In this document: positions 27,112 through 36,711 of the stretch, piece by piece | How the letters are laid out: each line of letters begins with the position of its first letter | How positions within the stretch are numbered: position 1 is the stretch's first letter | DNA from: a virus | Lineage: Duplodnaviria > Caudoviricetes | Reading direction: 5' to 3' (one strand) | Virus record (IMG/VR): IMGVR_UViG_3300037479_000621 | Location: 1 to 55,959 of that record | Length of the DNA stretch: 55,959 nt | Notes under the pieces: model-generated | What the model was told of the DNA's origin: nothing | Seen by the model: the letters and a program-made list of their open reading frames with translations, nothing else | The model's database searches: none | Program-made: the position numbers and the translations under genes

Positions 27112-27352
27112 CCGAACAACGCGGACGCCCCCGCGCTCGTTGCGCGGGGAGAGGCGGCGCGGCACCACAGGGACGGGTTCACTTGCCGAAGCCGCATCGC
27201 CGGGCGGCCCACTCTCTAGCCGCCCGTCCGCGCTGAACACGACGGAGACCTGGGGCGCGCCGGCACCCGCTCCGGCGGGGCACGGGCCGACCCGAGGGGG
27301 GATCGGCGCGTGCGGCCGGCGCGTCCCCGGACACACGAGAAGGGGTGATGTG

Positions 27353-28204
27353 ATGACGACGGCAGTTGCGAAGGCGGAGCCGAACGGGTTCAGCGAGGAA
27401 CAGGTCGGCCTGCTCAAGCGGACCATCTGCAAGGGCGCGACCGACGACGAGTTCCTGCTGTTCGTGTCGCAGTGCAAGCGGACGGGACTGGACCCGTTCT
27501 CGCGGCAGATTCACGCGGTCAAGCGCTGGGACTCCCAGTCCCAGCGCGAGGTGATGACGATTCAGACCGGCATCGACGGCTACCGGCTCATCGCCGACCG
27601 CACCGGACTCTACGCGGGCAACGACGAGCCGAAGTACGACACCGAGGACGCCGACCACCCGAACAAGGCGACGGTGACGGTGTGGAAGATCGTCGCCGGG
27701 CAGCGCGTCCCGTTCACGCGGTCGGCGCGGTGGGAGGAATTCAAGCAGACCAAGAAGGACGGCACGCTCACGCGGTTCTGGAAGACGATGCCGTACCTGA
27801 TGCTCGGCAAGGTCGCGGAGGCGCTGGCACTGCGGGCGGCGTTCCCGCAGGAGTTGTCCGGCATCTACACCAACGAGGAAATGGAGCAAGCGGACTCGGG
27901 CGAAGCCGCGCCGCGAACCGCTCCCGCCCCGGTTGAACAGCCCATCGACAAGGTACCGCCCGCGTCCGTCCTGGCTTCCAGGGAGCAGCGCGACCACCTC
28001 GCCGTCGAGATGCGGCGCGTCGGCAAGTTCCACCGCGAGGGGTGGGAATGGTGCCTCGCGCAACTGCGGACGAAGTTCCCCGGCGAGTGCGAGCGTACCC
28101 GCAAGTCCGACGAACTCACGGCCGACCAGTGCGACTGGCTGGCGGGCGAACTGATGACCCTGCCGACCGCGTTCCACGAACCCGAACCCGTGGGGGCGTC
28201 ATGA
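27353..28204 (+). CDS. bet: Phage single-strand annealing recombinase, Bet family
   Basis: TDDEFLLF...GLDPFSRQI...GIDGYR...MLGKVAEALALRAAFP..LSGIYTNEEM. Confidence 0.92.
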   Translation: MTTAVAKAEPNGFSEEQVGLLKRTICKGATDDEFLLFVSQCKRTGLDPFSRQIHAVKRWDSQSQREVMTIQTGIDGYRLIADRTGLYAGNDEPKYDTEDADHPNKATVTVWKIVAGQRVPFTRSARWEEFKQTKKDGTLTRFWKTMPYLMLGKVAEALALRAAFPQELSGIYTNEEMEQADSGEAAPRTAPAPVEQPIDKVPPASVLASREQRDHLAVEMRRVGKFHREGWEWCLAQLRTKFPGECERTRKSDELTADQCDWLAGELMTLPTAFHEPEPVGAS

Positions 28205-28569
28205 CTCAAGTTTTCGGGCTACCCGCCGTCGAGGTCGAGAACCCGGACGGCGAACTGGTGAAGTACGTCCTCCGCCCCGACCGCCCGCGCCAACCGGCGG
28301 AGTTGCGGGCGTGGGTGCTGGTCAAGGAGGACGGGACGGAACACCGCGTCGTGAACCTCAACACCGGGCGGTGGGCGTGCTCGTGCAAGGACTACTTCTA
28401 CCGCTCGCGGCGGGACGTGGCGAAGAACGGCCGCTGCAAGCACATCGTCGGACTCGTCGCGCACCTGGAGGAACGCCAATGCGAAGCGTCACCGTCCGCG
28501 TCACCGAAGACCACTTCCGCGCCGGGGTGCGGCGGTGTTGCGTCGGGTGCCCCGTCTACCTCGCACTGA
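28201..28569 (+). CDS. SWIM zinc-finger protein
   Basis: WACSCKD...CKHI. Confidence 0.7.
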   Translation: MTQVFGLPAVEVENPDGELVKYVLRPDRPRQPAELRAWVLVKEDGTEHRVVNLNTGRWACSCKDYFYRSRRDVAKNGRCKHIVGLVAHLEERQCEASPSASPKTTSAPGCGGVASGAPSTSH

Positions 28570-28763
28570 GGGCGGCGCTGCCGAGCGGGGCGCGGGTCAA
28601 CTCGGTCAACGGCGTCGGGGTGACGGTGAACGGGCGACCGTACCTGTTCCCCGAGGGCGTCGCGGCCCGCGTCCACCGCTGGGACTGCGACGGGACCGGC
28701 GAGCCGTTCGAGTTCGTGCTGGAAGTCGAGGACGCGGTGTTCGCGCCGGAGGTGGCGGCGTAA
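28479..28763 (+). CDS. Hypothetical protein (paralog of 26776-27111)
   Basis: VTEDHF..G...CVGCPVYLAL. Confidence 0.6.
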   Translation: MRSVTVRVTEDHFRAGVRRCCVGCPVYLALRAALPSGARVNSVNGVGVTVNGRPYLFPEGVAARVHRWDCDGTGEPFEFVLEVEDAVFAPEVAA

Positions 28764-29029
28764 TGGCGAAGAAGCGACGGCGCTCGGTCGCGGAAATCAC
28801 CTGCCCCACGAAGACGGGCTACGAGACTCGGGGTGAAGCCGAGTCCATCCGCCGCCAGATGCAAAACTTCGATGACTGGAACGGTCGCAACCGGCGACCC
28901 CTCGAAGTCTACCAGTGTCGCGTCTGTGGGCTGTTCCACTTAGGCAACGCGGATGAGGAGCGGGTGCGGGCGGGGCGAGATCGTATGGCGCGACAGAAGC
29001 GGATCGAGTACGACGAGGAGTCCGCGTAA
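28763..29029 (+). CDS. Small Zn-binding protein
   Basis: CPTK...YQCRVCGLFHL. Confidence 0.6.
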   Translation: MAKKRRRSVAEITCPTKTGYETRGEAESIRRQMQNFDDWNGRNRRPLEVYQCRVCGLFHLGNADEERVRAGRDRMARQKRIEYDEESA

Positions 29030-29913
29030 TGGCGAAGACGCGCAAGAAAGCCCCGAAGAAGAAGCCGCGCGCGAGCGCCCAGCGCTCCCTGCCGGCGCTC
29101 GCCAACGGCCGGCCGTGCATCGGCCCGTTCCACCTCACCGCCGTGGGCCTGGAAGGGGTGGACGGCGAGCCGTCGTTCGACCAGTGGGCCGGGGCGGTGC
29201 GGACGATGCGGCTGGCCGAGCGCTCGTGCATGTGGATCGTCGGCGACCTGCTCAACTACGGCGAGACGCGGTTCGGCGAGGACTTCTCGCAGGTGTTGGA
29301 CGACGTGGGCTACGCCGACGAGACCTTGGGGGTGGCGAAGTGGGTGGCGGCGCGGTTCCCGAAGGACCGCCGCGTCGAGGTGCTGACCTTCACCCACCAC
29401 CAGCTCGTCGCGGGCCTCGAACCGGCCGACGCGGACAAACTGCTGGCCGATGCCGTGACGGAGAAGCTGTCCACGCGGCAACTCAAGGACCGCTTGCAGA
29501 ATCCCGCCGGGACCGGCGACGGCGAGATTATGCGCCTAACTTTGCCCCCGCCCGACCAGCCCGAGGAGTACGTCTCGATCTACGCCGACCCCGCCCGGTG
29601 CGGCGAGACGGTCGCCCGGTGCAAGAAGAAGACGCGCGAACTCGTGGAACTGCTCTCGTCGCTCGTCGCCACGCCGCACGGCCCCGCAGTGCTCGAAGCC
29701 GCCAAGGGGTATCTGCGGCGTCCGCTGACGGCGACCGGCGGGCAGGTGAAGACGGGCGAGATGGGGCCGGTGACGTTCGGGTTCAAGGAGTACACCTGCG
29801 ACCCGCTGGACGAACTGATGGGGCTCTGGGGCGGTCTCGGCGTCACGTTCGAGCGGTTGGGGCGCGGCGAGGTACCGGGGGCGGGCGTGGGGGAGTGGGA
29901 GGTGGGGAAGTGA
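29029..29913 (+). CDS. LmbU-like transcriptional regulator
   Basis: WIVGDLLNYGE..FGE...TL..AKWVAARF...RR..LTFTHH..VAGL. Confidence 0.6.
   Translation: MAKTRKKAPKKKPRASAQRSLPALANGRPCIGPFHLTAVGLEGVDGEPSFDQWAGAVRTMRLAERSCMWIVGDLLNYGETRFGEDFSQVLDDVGYADETLGVAKWVAARFPKDRRVEVLTFTHHQLVAGLEPADADKLLADAVTEKLSTRQLKDRLQNPAGTGDGEIMRLTLPPPDQPEEYVSIYADPARCGETVARCKKKTRELVELLSSLVATPHGPAVLEAAKGYLRRPLTATGGQVKTGEMGPVTFGFKEYTCDPLDELMGLWGGLGVTFERLGRGEVPGAGVGEWEVGK
29528..29539 (-). repeat. Dispersed 12-bp motif (1 mismatch)
   Basis: TTATGCGCCTAA inside CDS. Confidence 0.75.
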
Positions 29914-31289
29914 AGGTTGGCTCTCTCTTCTCTGGTGCGGGCGGGTTTGACATCGGCTTTGACCGTGCCGGGTTCTCGCTCGCCTGGCAGGTGGAGATTG
30001 ACCGAACCGCCCGCGATGTGCTGGCCCGGCACTGGCCCGGCGTGCAACGGTTTGAGGACATACGCGAAGTCGGCAAGAAGGAACTGCAACCCGTTGACGT
30101 GATTGTGGGCGGCTTCCCCTGTCAAGACGTGAGTACGGCGGGCAAGCGGAAGGGGTTCAAGGGAGCGCGTTCATCCCTGTGGTTCGAGATGGTTCGGGTG
30201 ATTGATGAACTTCGACCTGCTTGCGTCGTTTGGGAGAATGTTCCCGGACTCCTCTCTTCCGAAGAAGGGCGAGACTTCCTCGCCGTCCTCGTGGAGTTGG
30301 ACCGGCTCGGGTTTGCTGGCGGGTGGCGAACTGTTGATGCTCAGTTCTTCGGAGTCCCCCAGCAGAGACGACGGGTTTTCGGCGTGTTCGCTCGCGGACG
30401 TTCTGGAGCCGAACGCGCCGCCGAAATACTCGCTCTCACCGAGGGCGTGCGCCGGCGTACTCCGAAGGGCAAGAAAGCGGGGGCGGCAACTCCCGCCCCT
30501 CTTACGCGCGGCTCTGGAGGCGGTGGCATCAACCCTCCCGGAAGACGACAGGAAGACGACATCAACCTCGTCGTCTACGGAGTCGGGAACGGAACAGGTG
30601 AGCGCGCCGGCAACGGCGCGCTCACCGCAAAAAACCAACGGCAGGACTTCGACACAGAAAACTTTGTTCTGAGTCAGGTCATCCCGATTGACATGAGGCA
30701 GGCGAGCCGGGGCGAGAAGATGACCAACAACCGCCCCGAAGGTTTGTCGGGTGGCGCGCCGGGAACCGGCATCGGCAACCCCGGTGATCCCTGCCCGACA
30801 GTCAGGGGCAGTCACACGCCCGCCGCGTGCATTCCCTGCCTCGCCCCCGATGGCACGCCGAAGGGCCGGGATGACGGGCTGGCCTACACGCTCACGGGTC
30901 GGCAACAGCGGGGCCACGGGAACGGGATGGCGGTCTGTGTGACCAGCGAGGGGGCAGACGCGGGAGAGGATGGAACGGGGCGGGGTACGCCGATCGTGGC
31001 GTTCAACCCGAAGGCGGGGGGCAAGCAAACGACTCTGGGTTACTCAGAGGACGTGGCCGGTACTCTGAGTACCGGCCACGCAGACAAGGGAATCGTGGCC
31101 GGTCCCATCGTCCGTCGGCTGACGCCCCGCGAGTGCGAGCGGCTGATGGGCTGGCCCGACGACTGGACACGCTGGCGGGCGAACGGGAAGGAAATCGCGG
31201 ACGAGCCGCGATACCGGCTCTGCGGGAACGGCGTGGTCGGCACGGTCGCGGAGTGGATCGCGAGGCGACTGATGGAAGCACACCCGTGA
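29910..31289 (+). CDS. dcm: C5 DNA cytosine methyltransferase
   Basis: SLFSGAGG, GGFPCQ, ENV, QRRRVF, RRLTPRECERLMG, GNGV. Confidence 0.93.
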   Translation: MKVGSLFSGAGGFDIGFDRAGFSLAWQVEIDRTARDVLARHWPGVQRFEDIREVGKKELQPVDVIVGGFPCQDVSTAGKRKGFKGARSSLWFEMVRVIDELRPACVVWENVPGLLSSEEGRDFLAVLVELDRLGFAGGWRTVDAQFFGVPQQRRRVFGVFARGRSGAERAAEILALTEGVRRRTPKGKKAGAATPAPLTRGSGGGGINPPGRRQEDDINLVVYGVGNGTGERAGNGALTAKNQRQDFDTENFVLSQVIPIDMRQASRGEKMTNNRPEGLSGGAPGTGIGNPGDPCPTVRGSHTPAACIPCLAPDGTPKGRDDGLAYTLTGRQQRGHGNGMAVCVTSEGADAGEDGTGRGTPIVAFNPKAGGKQTTLGYSEDVAGTLSTGHADKGIVAGPIVRRLTPRECERLMGWPDDWTRWRANGKEIADEPRYRLCGNGVVGTVAEWIARRLMEAHP

Positions 31290-31624
31290 CCCTCCCCGAA
31301 CTCCTCCGCGAACTCGACCGGCTCGGGGCGTGGGTGGTGGTCGCGGACGGCCGGCGCGGGGTGAAGTGCCCGGCGGTGAACTCGGAACGGCTGGCGCAAC
31401 TGGTCGGGTGGCTCCGGAAGTACGGCGATGCGGTGGTGGCGCACTACTCGGGGAAGGAGAACTGCGGTGGTTGGCACTGCGACACCTGTAACTCCTGGTG
31501 GTACACGGACGCCACTTCCGAGATTGCCCGGCTTTGCACCCTGCGTGCTGCCCCCCGACCCCGTTACCCCGGCGCACCTGGACCCGAGGCGGGAACGTAC
31601 TGTCCTCACCGCCCTGCTGAATGA
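31286..31624 (+). CDS. Hypothetical protein (TubC-N-like start, Cys motifs)
   Basis: Coupled ORF. Confidence 0.5.
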   Translation: MTLPELLRELDRLGAWVVVADGRRGVKCPAVNSERLAQLVGWLRKYGDAVVAHYSGKENCGGWHCDTCNSWWYTDATSEIARLCTLRAAPRPRYPGAPGPEAGTYCPHRPAE

Positions 31625-31888
31625 GGTGCTGGAGACCGGCCCGGAGGTGGACCTGTCGCTCGGACTCCTGGGGGTGGTGCTGCTGACGCGCGCCGTGCAG
31701 CAGTGCCCGCGGGAGCTGGCGATAGCGCTGCGGTCGATGGTGGACGACATCGTACAGCACGCCTGCGACAAGGCGGAGTCGGCGGCGCGGCAGGCGAAGT
31801 ACGCGGCGGACCAGGCGAGTGCATTGAGAGACAGGCTGAGCCTGTTGGAGAAACGGCTAGACAACCTGACCCCCGGAATAGGAGACCC

Positions 31889-32264
31889 GAGTACCTGAGC
31901 GTGTTTCCGGTCCCGGCGTTCGCGCCGGCGGGGTGTGAGTTTCGGCGGACGTGTCCCCGTCATGGAAATGGAAGCCGAGCGTAACCAGTCGCAACCGTCC
32001 GGGTTCAATGCTCCCCGGTTGTGGCGGCCGAAGCCGAAAGGTCGTTTCCCACGAACAGGCGTGGTTTCCCCGGCTCCGGGCGGGTAGTCGATCCCGCACA
32101 ACGAGCTACGTCCGGGTCCAAACCCCTCATCCCGCGTGAGCGGGAAAAACGACCGCCAGTAAGCCGACGCCGCCGCGTGATGAGGTAGTTCGGACACCGG
32201 AAGCAAGACGCCGAGCGCAACGCCTCTCTCTTCTGTCGGATGATGAGGCGGGAAGCTCGTACTC
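31889..32264 (+). ncRNA. Putative large structured non-coding RNA
   Basis: Nested long-range helices, UUCG hairpin and T-loop-like hairpins in a roughly 380-nt intergenic gap. Confidence 0.55.
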
Positions 32265-32279
32265 CGCGCGGAGGAAGAC

Positions 32280-32609
32280 ATGAACCCGGTCGTCGCGAAG
32301 GTGGTCGCACGCGCCGAAGCCCGGCGACAGTCCGAACGGGACGCCCGGCGTGCTGAGCGCGAGCGCCGGCAAGCCCAGAGGAAGGCAGAGCAGAAGCCCA
32401 TGAACCCACGCCGCGAAGTCGAGTACGTCGAAATGGAGGACTGCTACATCGGTGCCGTGACCGAGAAGGCGATTCAGATTCACCACGACGGCGAAATCTT
32501 CTGGGTGCCGAAGTCGGTGATTCAAGACCCCGAGCAGTTCGGGCGGTACGACGAGGGCTGTCTGGTCCTCGTCGCCGAGTGGTTCGCACGCAAGGAAGGG
32601 CTGATATGA
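32280..32609 (+). CDS. Hypothetical protein
   Basis: GGAGG SD; TEKAI...WVPKS. Confidence 0.65.
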   Translation: MNPVVAKVVARAEARRQSERDARRAERERRQAQRKAEQKPMNPRREVEYVEMEDCYIGAVTEKAIQIHHDGEIFWVPKSVIQDPEQFGRYDEGCLVLVAEWFARKEGLI

Positions 32610-32986
32610 CCCACGCCCCCGACGCCGCGCCGGACCCGGCCGCCGATGCCGCCGCGCTGCGACTGGCGTTCCTCCGCGCGACCGAGACGTACCCGGCGCA
32701 CGTGGCGGCGTTTCTGTCCAAGGACGGCGAGGCCGCGTTTCGGGCGTGGTGGGGGCAGTTGTACGAAGCCGTCCGGGACCACACGGCGGGACTGGAGGTG
32801 CTGGCCGAACTCGCCCGCCTCCGGGAGCGCTCCGCCCACGACGTGCGGGCGAACCACCACCTCGCGGGGCGGGTTGCGGCGCTGCGGAAGGCGCTGGGCG
32901 AGGTCGCGAGCGGGAACCACTTCGGCACCCGCGCGGTTGCGGAGGCGAAGGCGGCACTGGCGACGGACGGGGAGGAACCGAAGTGA
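32606..32986 (+). CDS. Hypothetical protein
   Basis: Coupled ORF. Confidence 0.55.
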   Translation: MTHAPDAAPDPAADAAALRLAFLRATETYPAHVAAFLSKDGEAAFRAWWGQLYEAVRDHTAGLEVLAELARLRERSAHDVRANHHLAGRVAALRKALGEVASGNHFGTRAVAEAKAALATDGEEPK

Positions 32987-34014
32987 CCACGTCGGCGGAC
33001 GTACTCGGCGGGACGGCCCGGTGGTCGGCGGAGTGTGCCGACTGTCTGGAGTGGTTACGTGCGCTGCCGGACGATTCGGTAGACCTGCTGTTCACCAGTC
33101 CGCCCTACGAACTCGCCCGGACCTACGGTATCGCGGAGAAGATGGTCTGCGGACAGGCGTGGGTTGACTGGATGGTGGAAGTGGTCCGCGCTGCCGCGCC
33201 GAAGGTGAAGGGACTGATTGCCGTGAACTGCGAGGGGCAGACTCGGAACTACTCCTACTCCGGGGTTCCGTTTCTGCTGTTCGCCGACCTGTACCGCGCT
33301 GGGTTTAACATGCGCAAGCCGCCCGTGTTCCACCGGGTTGGGATACCGGGCAGCGGTGGGCCGGACTGGTTGCGGAATGATTACGAACCCATCGTGTGCG
33401 TGACGCGACCGGGGCGGTTGCCGTGGAGTGACAATACGGCCTGCGGACACCCGCCAAAGTGGGAGCCGGGCGGGGCGATGAGTTACCGGAATGGCGACGG
33501 AGCCCGGAAGAACGCCCGCGGGTACTCGGGGCAGAAGGCCGTACCGAAATGGCTCCGTGACGGGATGCACACCGGGGTTCAGAACACGGTCAAGCTTCCG
33601 AAGTCGAAGGCCGAAAAACTGGCTCTCGGCGCGAAGCGGCACACGAAGCGAGATGCGGGCCCACAAGAGGACGGGGACGCCATGCGGGAGCAGGCTTACT
33701 TGCCGCCGGGTTTGGCGAACCCCGGCAACGTCTTGAAGTTCGACGTGGGCGGCGGGCGGATGGGCCACGACCTCGCCCACGAGAACGAAGCCCCGTTCCC
33801 CCTGGAACTCGCCGCGTTCTTCGTCAAGTCGTTCTGCCCGCCCAGTGGCGTGGTCTGCGACCCCTTCCTGGGGTCCGGCACCACGGTTGACGCGGCGGTG
33901 CAGCACGGGCGGCGGGGAATCGGCTGCGACATCCGGCCAAGCCAAGTGGACCTGACCTGCCGGCGGATGGCGACCGTGACCCCACCCCTTTTCACGACGG
34001 AGGACGCCCCGTGA
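32983..34014 (+). CDS. Beta-class amino (N4-C/N6-A) DNA methyltransferase
   Basis: FTSPPY and DPFLGSGTT. Confidence 0.88.
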   Translation: MTTSADVLGGTARWSAECADCLEWLRALPDDSVDLLFTSPPYELARTYGIAEKMVCGQAWVDWMVEVVRAAAPKVKGLIAVNCEGQTRNYSYSGVPFLLFADLYRAGFNMRKPPVFHRVGIPGSGGPDWLRNDYEPIVCVTRPGRLPWSDNTACGHPPKWEPGGAMSYRNGDGARKNARGYSGQKAVPKWLRDGMHTGVQNTVKLPKSKAEKLALGAKRHTKRDAGPQEDGDAMREQAYLPPGLANPGNVLKFDVGGGRMGHDLAHENEAPFPLELAAFFVKSFCPPSGVVCDPFLGSGTTVDAAVQHGRRGIGCDIRPSQVDLTCRRMATVTPPLFTTEDAP

Positions 34015-34346
34015 CCGCCCCGACGCCCCGGTACGCCTGCGAGTCCCGCGCCGACCCCGACGTGAAGGGGTGGTGCAACTACTGCCGCGGCCCCGTGTAC
34101 TACGACGAGCGCGGCTCGGTCTGCCCGGACTGTCGCCGCATCGTCGCCCTGCGGAACCGGGTGTGCGGGCACCTGCTGCCCCGGCCGAAGCGACTCTACC
34201 ACCGCGCGCCCGTGGAGCGGGAGGGCGACGCGGACCGCGCCGACGCGCCGGAACCGGCGGTGCTGTACGGACTGCTGACCGCGAACGACGTGCGCGAGTT
34301 GGAGCGGCGGCGGGAGAAGTTCGGGGCGTACCGGAGGGCGGGGTGA
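34011..34346 (+). CDS. Zn-finger protein
   Basis: CNYC, CPDC. Confidence 0.55.
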   Translation: MTAPTPRYACESRADPDVKGWCNYCRGPVYYDERGSVCPDCRRIVALRNRVCGHLLPRPKRLYHRAPVEREGDADRADAPEPAVLYGLLTANDVRELERRREKFGAYRRAG

Positions 34347-34591
34347 TGCGACTCCGCAGGCGGTTCAGTCTGGTCGGGCGCATCCTCGCCATCCTGGATG
34401 AGTCGCCCCTGCCCGTGCCCACGCCGGACATCGTGGCGCTGTGCAACGTCCGGCACCGGCAGCACAAGCGGACCGTGTGGGGGAAACTGCTGTGCCTCGA
34501 ACGCAAGGGACTGGTGCGCCGGGTCGGATACCGGCAGGTCCAGACCGACCGACTCGGGGCGCGGACCGTGGCACTGTGGGCGCGGGCGTGA
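34346..34591 (+). CDS. Winged-helix-like protein
   Basis: ILAIL...TPDIVAL...LERKGLVRR. Confidence 0.55.
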   Translation: MRLRRRFSLVGRILAILDESPLPVPTPDIVALCNVRHRQHKRTVWGKLLCLERKGLVRRVGYRQVQTDRLGARTVALWARA

Positions 34592-34605
34592 GGGAGGGCC
34601 GGACC

Positions 34606-35328
34606 GTGACCGAGATTCGCTTCCGCAGCGACATGGCCGTGAAGCTCGTGCAGCACGTCGGGGGCGACTCGTCCGTGGTCGCCGCCGCGAAAGTGAGCGT
34701 CGAAGGCGCGGAGTCGGTGCGGCACCTGGAAGCCGACGCGACCTCCGGGCTGATTCGCTACCTCATGAGGCACCGGCACGGGACGCCGTTCGAGCACGCG
34801 AGTTTAACGTTCTTCGCCAGCGCGCCGATCTTTGTTTGGCGGGAGTGGCACCGTCACAGAATCGGCTTCAGCTACAACGAGGAGTCCGCCCGGTACAAGA
34901 CGCTCGACCCGGTGTTCTACCTGCCCCCGCGCGACCGGCCGATGATGAAGGTGGACGGGTGGAAACCGGGCCGTCCGAAGTTCCTGCGGTGCGAGGACGA
35001 CACCGTTTACGAGGGGCTGCGGGCGAACCTGATTCACGCTTATGACGTGGCGTACTCGGCCTATCTTGCCAATCTGTCGCTCGGCATCGACCCCGGCCTC
35101 GCGCGCGACTGCCTGCCGGTCGGCATCTACTCGTCGTGCTACGTCACCTGCAACCCGCGCTCGCTGATGGCGTTCCTGTCCCTGCGGACGCACGACGAGA
35201 CGGCGAAGGCAGTGAGTTACCCGCTGTACGAAATCGAAGAGTGCGCCCGGCAGTGCGAAGCACTCTTCGCGGGGCTGTTCCCCGCGACTCACGCGGCGTT
35301 CGTGGACAACGGCCGTCAGGCCCCGTGA
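34606..35328 (+). CDS. thyX: FAD-dependent thymidylate synthase
   Basis: HGTPFEH, REWHRHRIGFSYNEESARY, LARDCLP, LRT. Confidence 0.95.
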   Translation: MTEIRFRSDMAVKLVQHVGGDSSVVAAAKVSVEGAESVRHLEADATSGLIRYLMRHRHGTPFEHASLTFFASAPIFVWREWHRHRIGFSYNEESARYKTLDPVFYLPPRDRPMMKVDGWKPGRPKFLRCEDDTVYEGLRANLIHAYDVAYSAYLANLSLGIDPGLARDCLPVGIYSSCYVTCNPRSLMAFLSLRTHDETAKAVSYPLYEIEECARQCEALFAGLFPATHAAFVDNGRQAP

Positions 35329-35338
35329 CCCTGCGACC

Positions 35339-35350
35339 TTACGCGCCTAA
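35339..35350 (-). repeat. Dispersed 12-bp motif (perfect)
   Basis: TTACGCGCCTAA intergenic. Confidence 0.9.
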
Positions 35351-35365
35351 CCGGAGACCGACGCC

Positions 35366-35662
35366 ATGACCACGCCCGACCCGACCGCCACCCCCGAGTC
35401 CCGCGCCGCGCGGGCGCTGGTCGACGCCGCGGCGCGGCGCGCGATGCTCGCCGCCGTGGGCGGGGCGACCGCGACCGCCGACAGCACCTCCCTCGCGCTG
35501 CGCCTGGCGGCACACGTCGAGCAACTGGCCCGCGACCTCACGGCCGCACTCGCGCGGGTGGCGGCACTGGAGGCGGGGCTGAAGCCGTTTGCAGAGTTGG
35601 GAAAACAGCCCCGCGCCGCCGCCCTGCTCGCGGACGCCCCGGCACCGGGCGGGAGAGGGTGA
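35366..35662 (+). CDS. Coiled-coil hypothetical protein
   Basis: GGAG SD. Confidence 0.55.
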   Translation: MTTPDPTATPESRAARALVDAAARRAMLAAVGGATATADSTSLALRLAAHVEQLARDLTAALARVAALEAGLKPFAELGKQPRAAALLADAPAPGGRG

Positions 35663-35778
35663 GCCGTGGACGAACGACGAAAGATGCTTCTGGACTTGGT
35701 TGATTTGGCTGTCGATTTGTTCTTCGGCTTCATCCTGCTTCTGGTGATAGTCGTGACGGTCTATTTGCTGAGGTAGCC

Positions 35779-36639
35779 GTGGACACCGGCGAAGCACTGC
35801 TGGCCGCGATCCCCGCCGACCCCGCCGACGACACGCGGCGGCTGGCGTACGCCGACTGGCTGGAGGAGCGGGAGGCGCGGTGGGTGGATTGCCCGCGCTG
35901 CGGGGGCGAGCCGCGGCGATACTTCGACAAGCCGCCGCTCTCGACCAACTGGGCGCGAGGGTGGCGCAACCGATACACCTGTGCCGCCTGCGATGGCACC
36001 GGCACCGTCCGCGACGATTCGGACGCGCGGCGGGCAGAGTTCATCAGAGTGCAGGTGGAGTTGGCGAGGCACCCGGAGCAAGTCGAATGGCTGAGGCAGA
36101 TGCCCATCGAACACTGGCGCGGGGGCGGGGACGAAGGGAAGGAGTTGCGTCGGCTCGACGCGCTGCTCCGCCGCGAGCGGGAGTTGTTCCACACCATCGA
36201 CTTCCCCGACCTTGGGTACGACAAGTTGATTCACGGCCTGCGGGTGACACGATACGAACTCGATAAGTGTGAACTGCCGGCGAAGGGACTGGTCTCCCGC
36301 GGCTTCGTCTCCGAGGTCCGCCTGCCCTGCGCCGCCTTCACCCGCGACTTCGCGGCGCGGCTGTTCGGGGCGATGCCGGTGGAACGGGTGGTGTGGTCGG
36401 ACTTCGAGCCGGAAGAGGATCGCGGGGAGTGGCGAGTAACCATGCAAGACCCGGCAACACCGGTCGAGCGTAGGCTTCCCAGAAGTGTGCCGGCGAACGT
36501 CTGGGCGCACGTGCCCAAGACGCCCGGCTGGAAATACAACCGCTGGTTCGCCACCCGCGATGACGCCCTCGCCGCGCTCTCGGCCGCCGCGTGTGCGTGG
36601 GGCCGCGAGGTCGCCGGGCTGGTGCCGGCGGGGGCGTGA
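35779..36639 (+). CDS. TIGR02996 domain protein with Zn-finger insert
   Basis: LLAAIPADPADDTRRLAYADWLEE...RAEFIRVQVELA...RGFVSEV. Confidence 0.85.
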   Translation: MDTGEALLAAIPADPADDTRRLAYADWLEEREARWVDCPRCGGEPRRYFDKPPLSTNWARGWRNRYTCAACDGTGTVRDDSDARRAEFIRVQVELARHPEQVEWLRQMPIEHWRGGGDEGKELRRLDALLRRERELFHTIDFPDLGYDKLIHGLRVTRYELDKCELPAKGLVSRGFVSEVRLPCAAFTRDFAARLFGAMPVERVVWSDFEPEEDRGEWRVTMQDPATPVERRLPRSVPANVWAHVPKTPGWKYNRWFATRDDALAALSAAACAWGREVAGLVPAGA

Positions 36640-36711
36640 GTCGGGTAAGAAGCCCCCCGTACAGTTGCAGCGGGCGACGGGTTCCCCGGCGGGCGGGGTA
36701 GAATGCGGGGG

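Noticed and set aside
32177-32255. Hammerhead ribozyme from TGATGAG motifs
   Set aside because: Lacks the CTGANGA...GAAA core in the correct arrangement
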